Of a DNA stretch of 64,000 bases, positions 63,785-64,000 are shown in pieces. Source of the stretch: Eledone cirrhosa (Eukaryota); the NCBI GenBank assembly GCA_964016885.1, contig OZ024754.1, forward strand, positions 13,888,001 to 13,952,000, in the 5' to 3' direction. The notes under the pieces were generated by a model. It made no database searches, was not told where the DNA came from, and worked only from the letters and a program-made list of their open reading frames with translations. How positions within the stretch are numbered: the first letter of the stretch is position 1; the number at the start of each line of letters is the position of its first letter. The position numbers were made by a program, and so were the translations under genes.

Positions 63785-64000
63785 TCATAATCATCATCAT
63801 CATCACTTCCATTTTGCATGAGTTTGACAGGTCTTTTTCAGCAAAGCATTCCTCAAATTGTTGCACTCCTTCTTCATCTCTTTTGTGACCTTTAGTGGTT
63901 TGAGGTCAGCTCTCACCACTTCTGCCCACATCTTCCTTGGTCTTCTTCTACTGTGTTTTCCTTCCACTGGGTTTTCTTTGCACTTCTTCACCCAGTAATC
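63785..64000 (-). mobile_element. RTE-clade LINE 3' fragment
   Basis: KKC...VEGKHSRRRPRKMWAEVVRADL; (GAT)n tail. Confidence 0.7.

Overview
AT-rich, microsatellite- and transposon-dense animal genomic DNA. The SINE families resemble octopod cephalopod SINEs as I recall them; this is an inference, not a database hit. There is a 200-nt assembly gap at 32940-33139. Two spliced protein-coding genes on the + strand can be built by hand with consistent exon phases. The first is a complete RCC1 (Ran GEF) gene, about 38999-51095, with 11 coding exons and about 420 aa. The second is the 5' part of a signal-peptide gene with tandem group-A SRCR domains (55445 to beyond the window end). Mobile elements comprise a 5'-truncated L1/Tx1-type LINE inside a TA-rich microsatellite, many RTE and RLE(CRE-like) LINE 3' fragments, three SINE families, and TTAA (piggyBac-like) and TA (Tc1/mariner-like) MITEs. 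Several minisatellites visibly derive from these elements. The most unusual signal is a set of about 9 intact or degenerate minimal type-I hammerhead-ribozyme motifs (CTGAnGA-stem-GAAA-short stem-NTH, usually next to AATAAA) in short non-coding, (TA)n-associated elements. Several of these carry an inverted duplicate of their own end, consistent with Penelope-like or retrozyme-like retroelement remnants. No prokaryotic features or CRISPR arrays were seen. Most long ORFs in the supplied track are simple-repeat artefacts.
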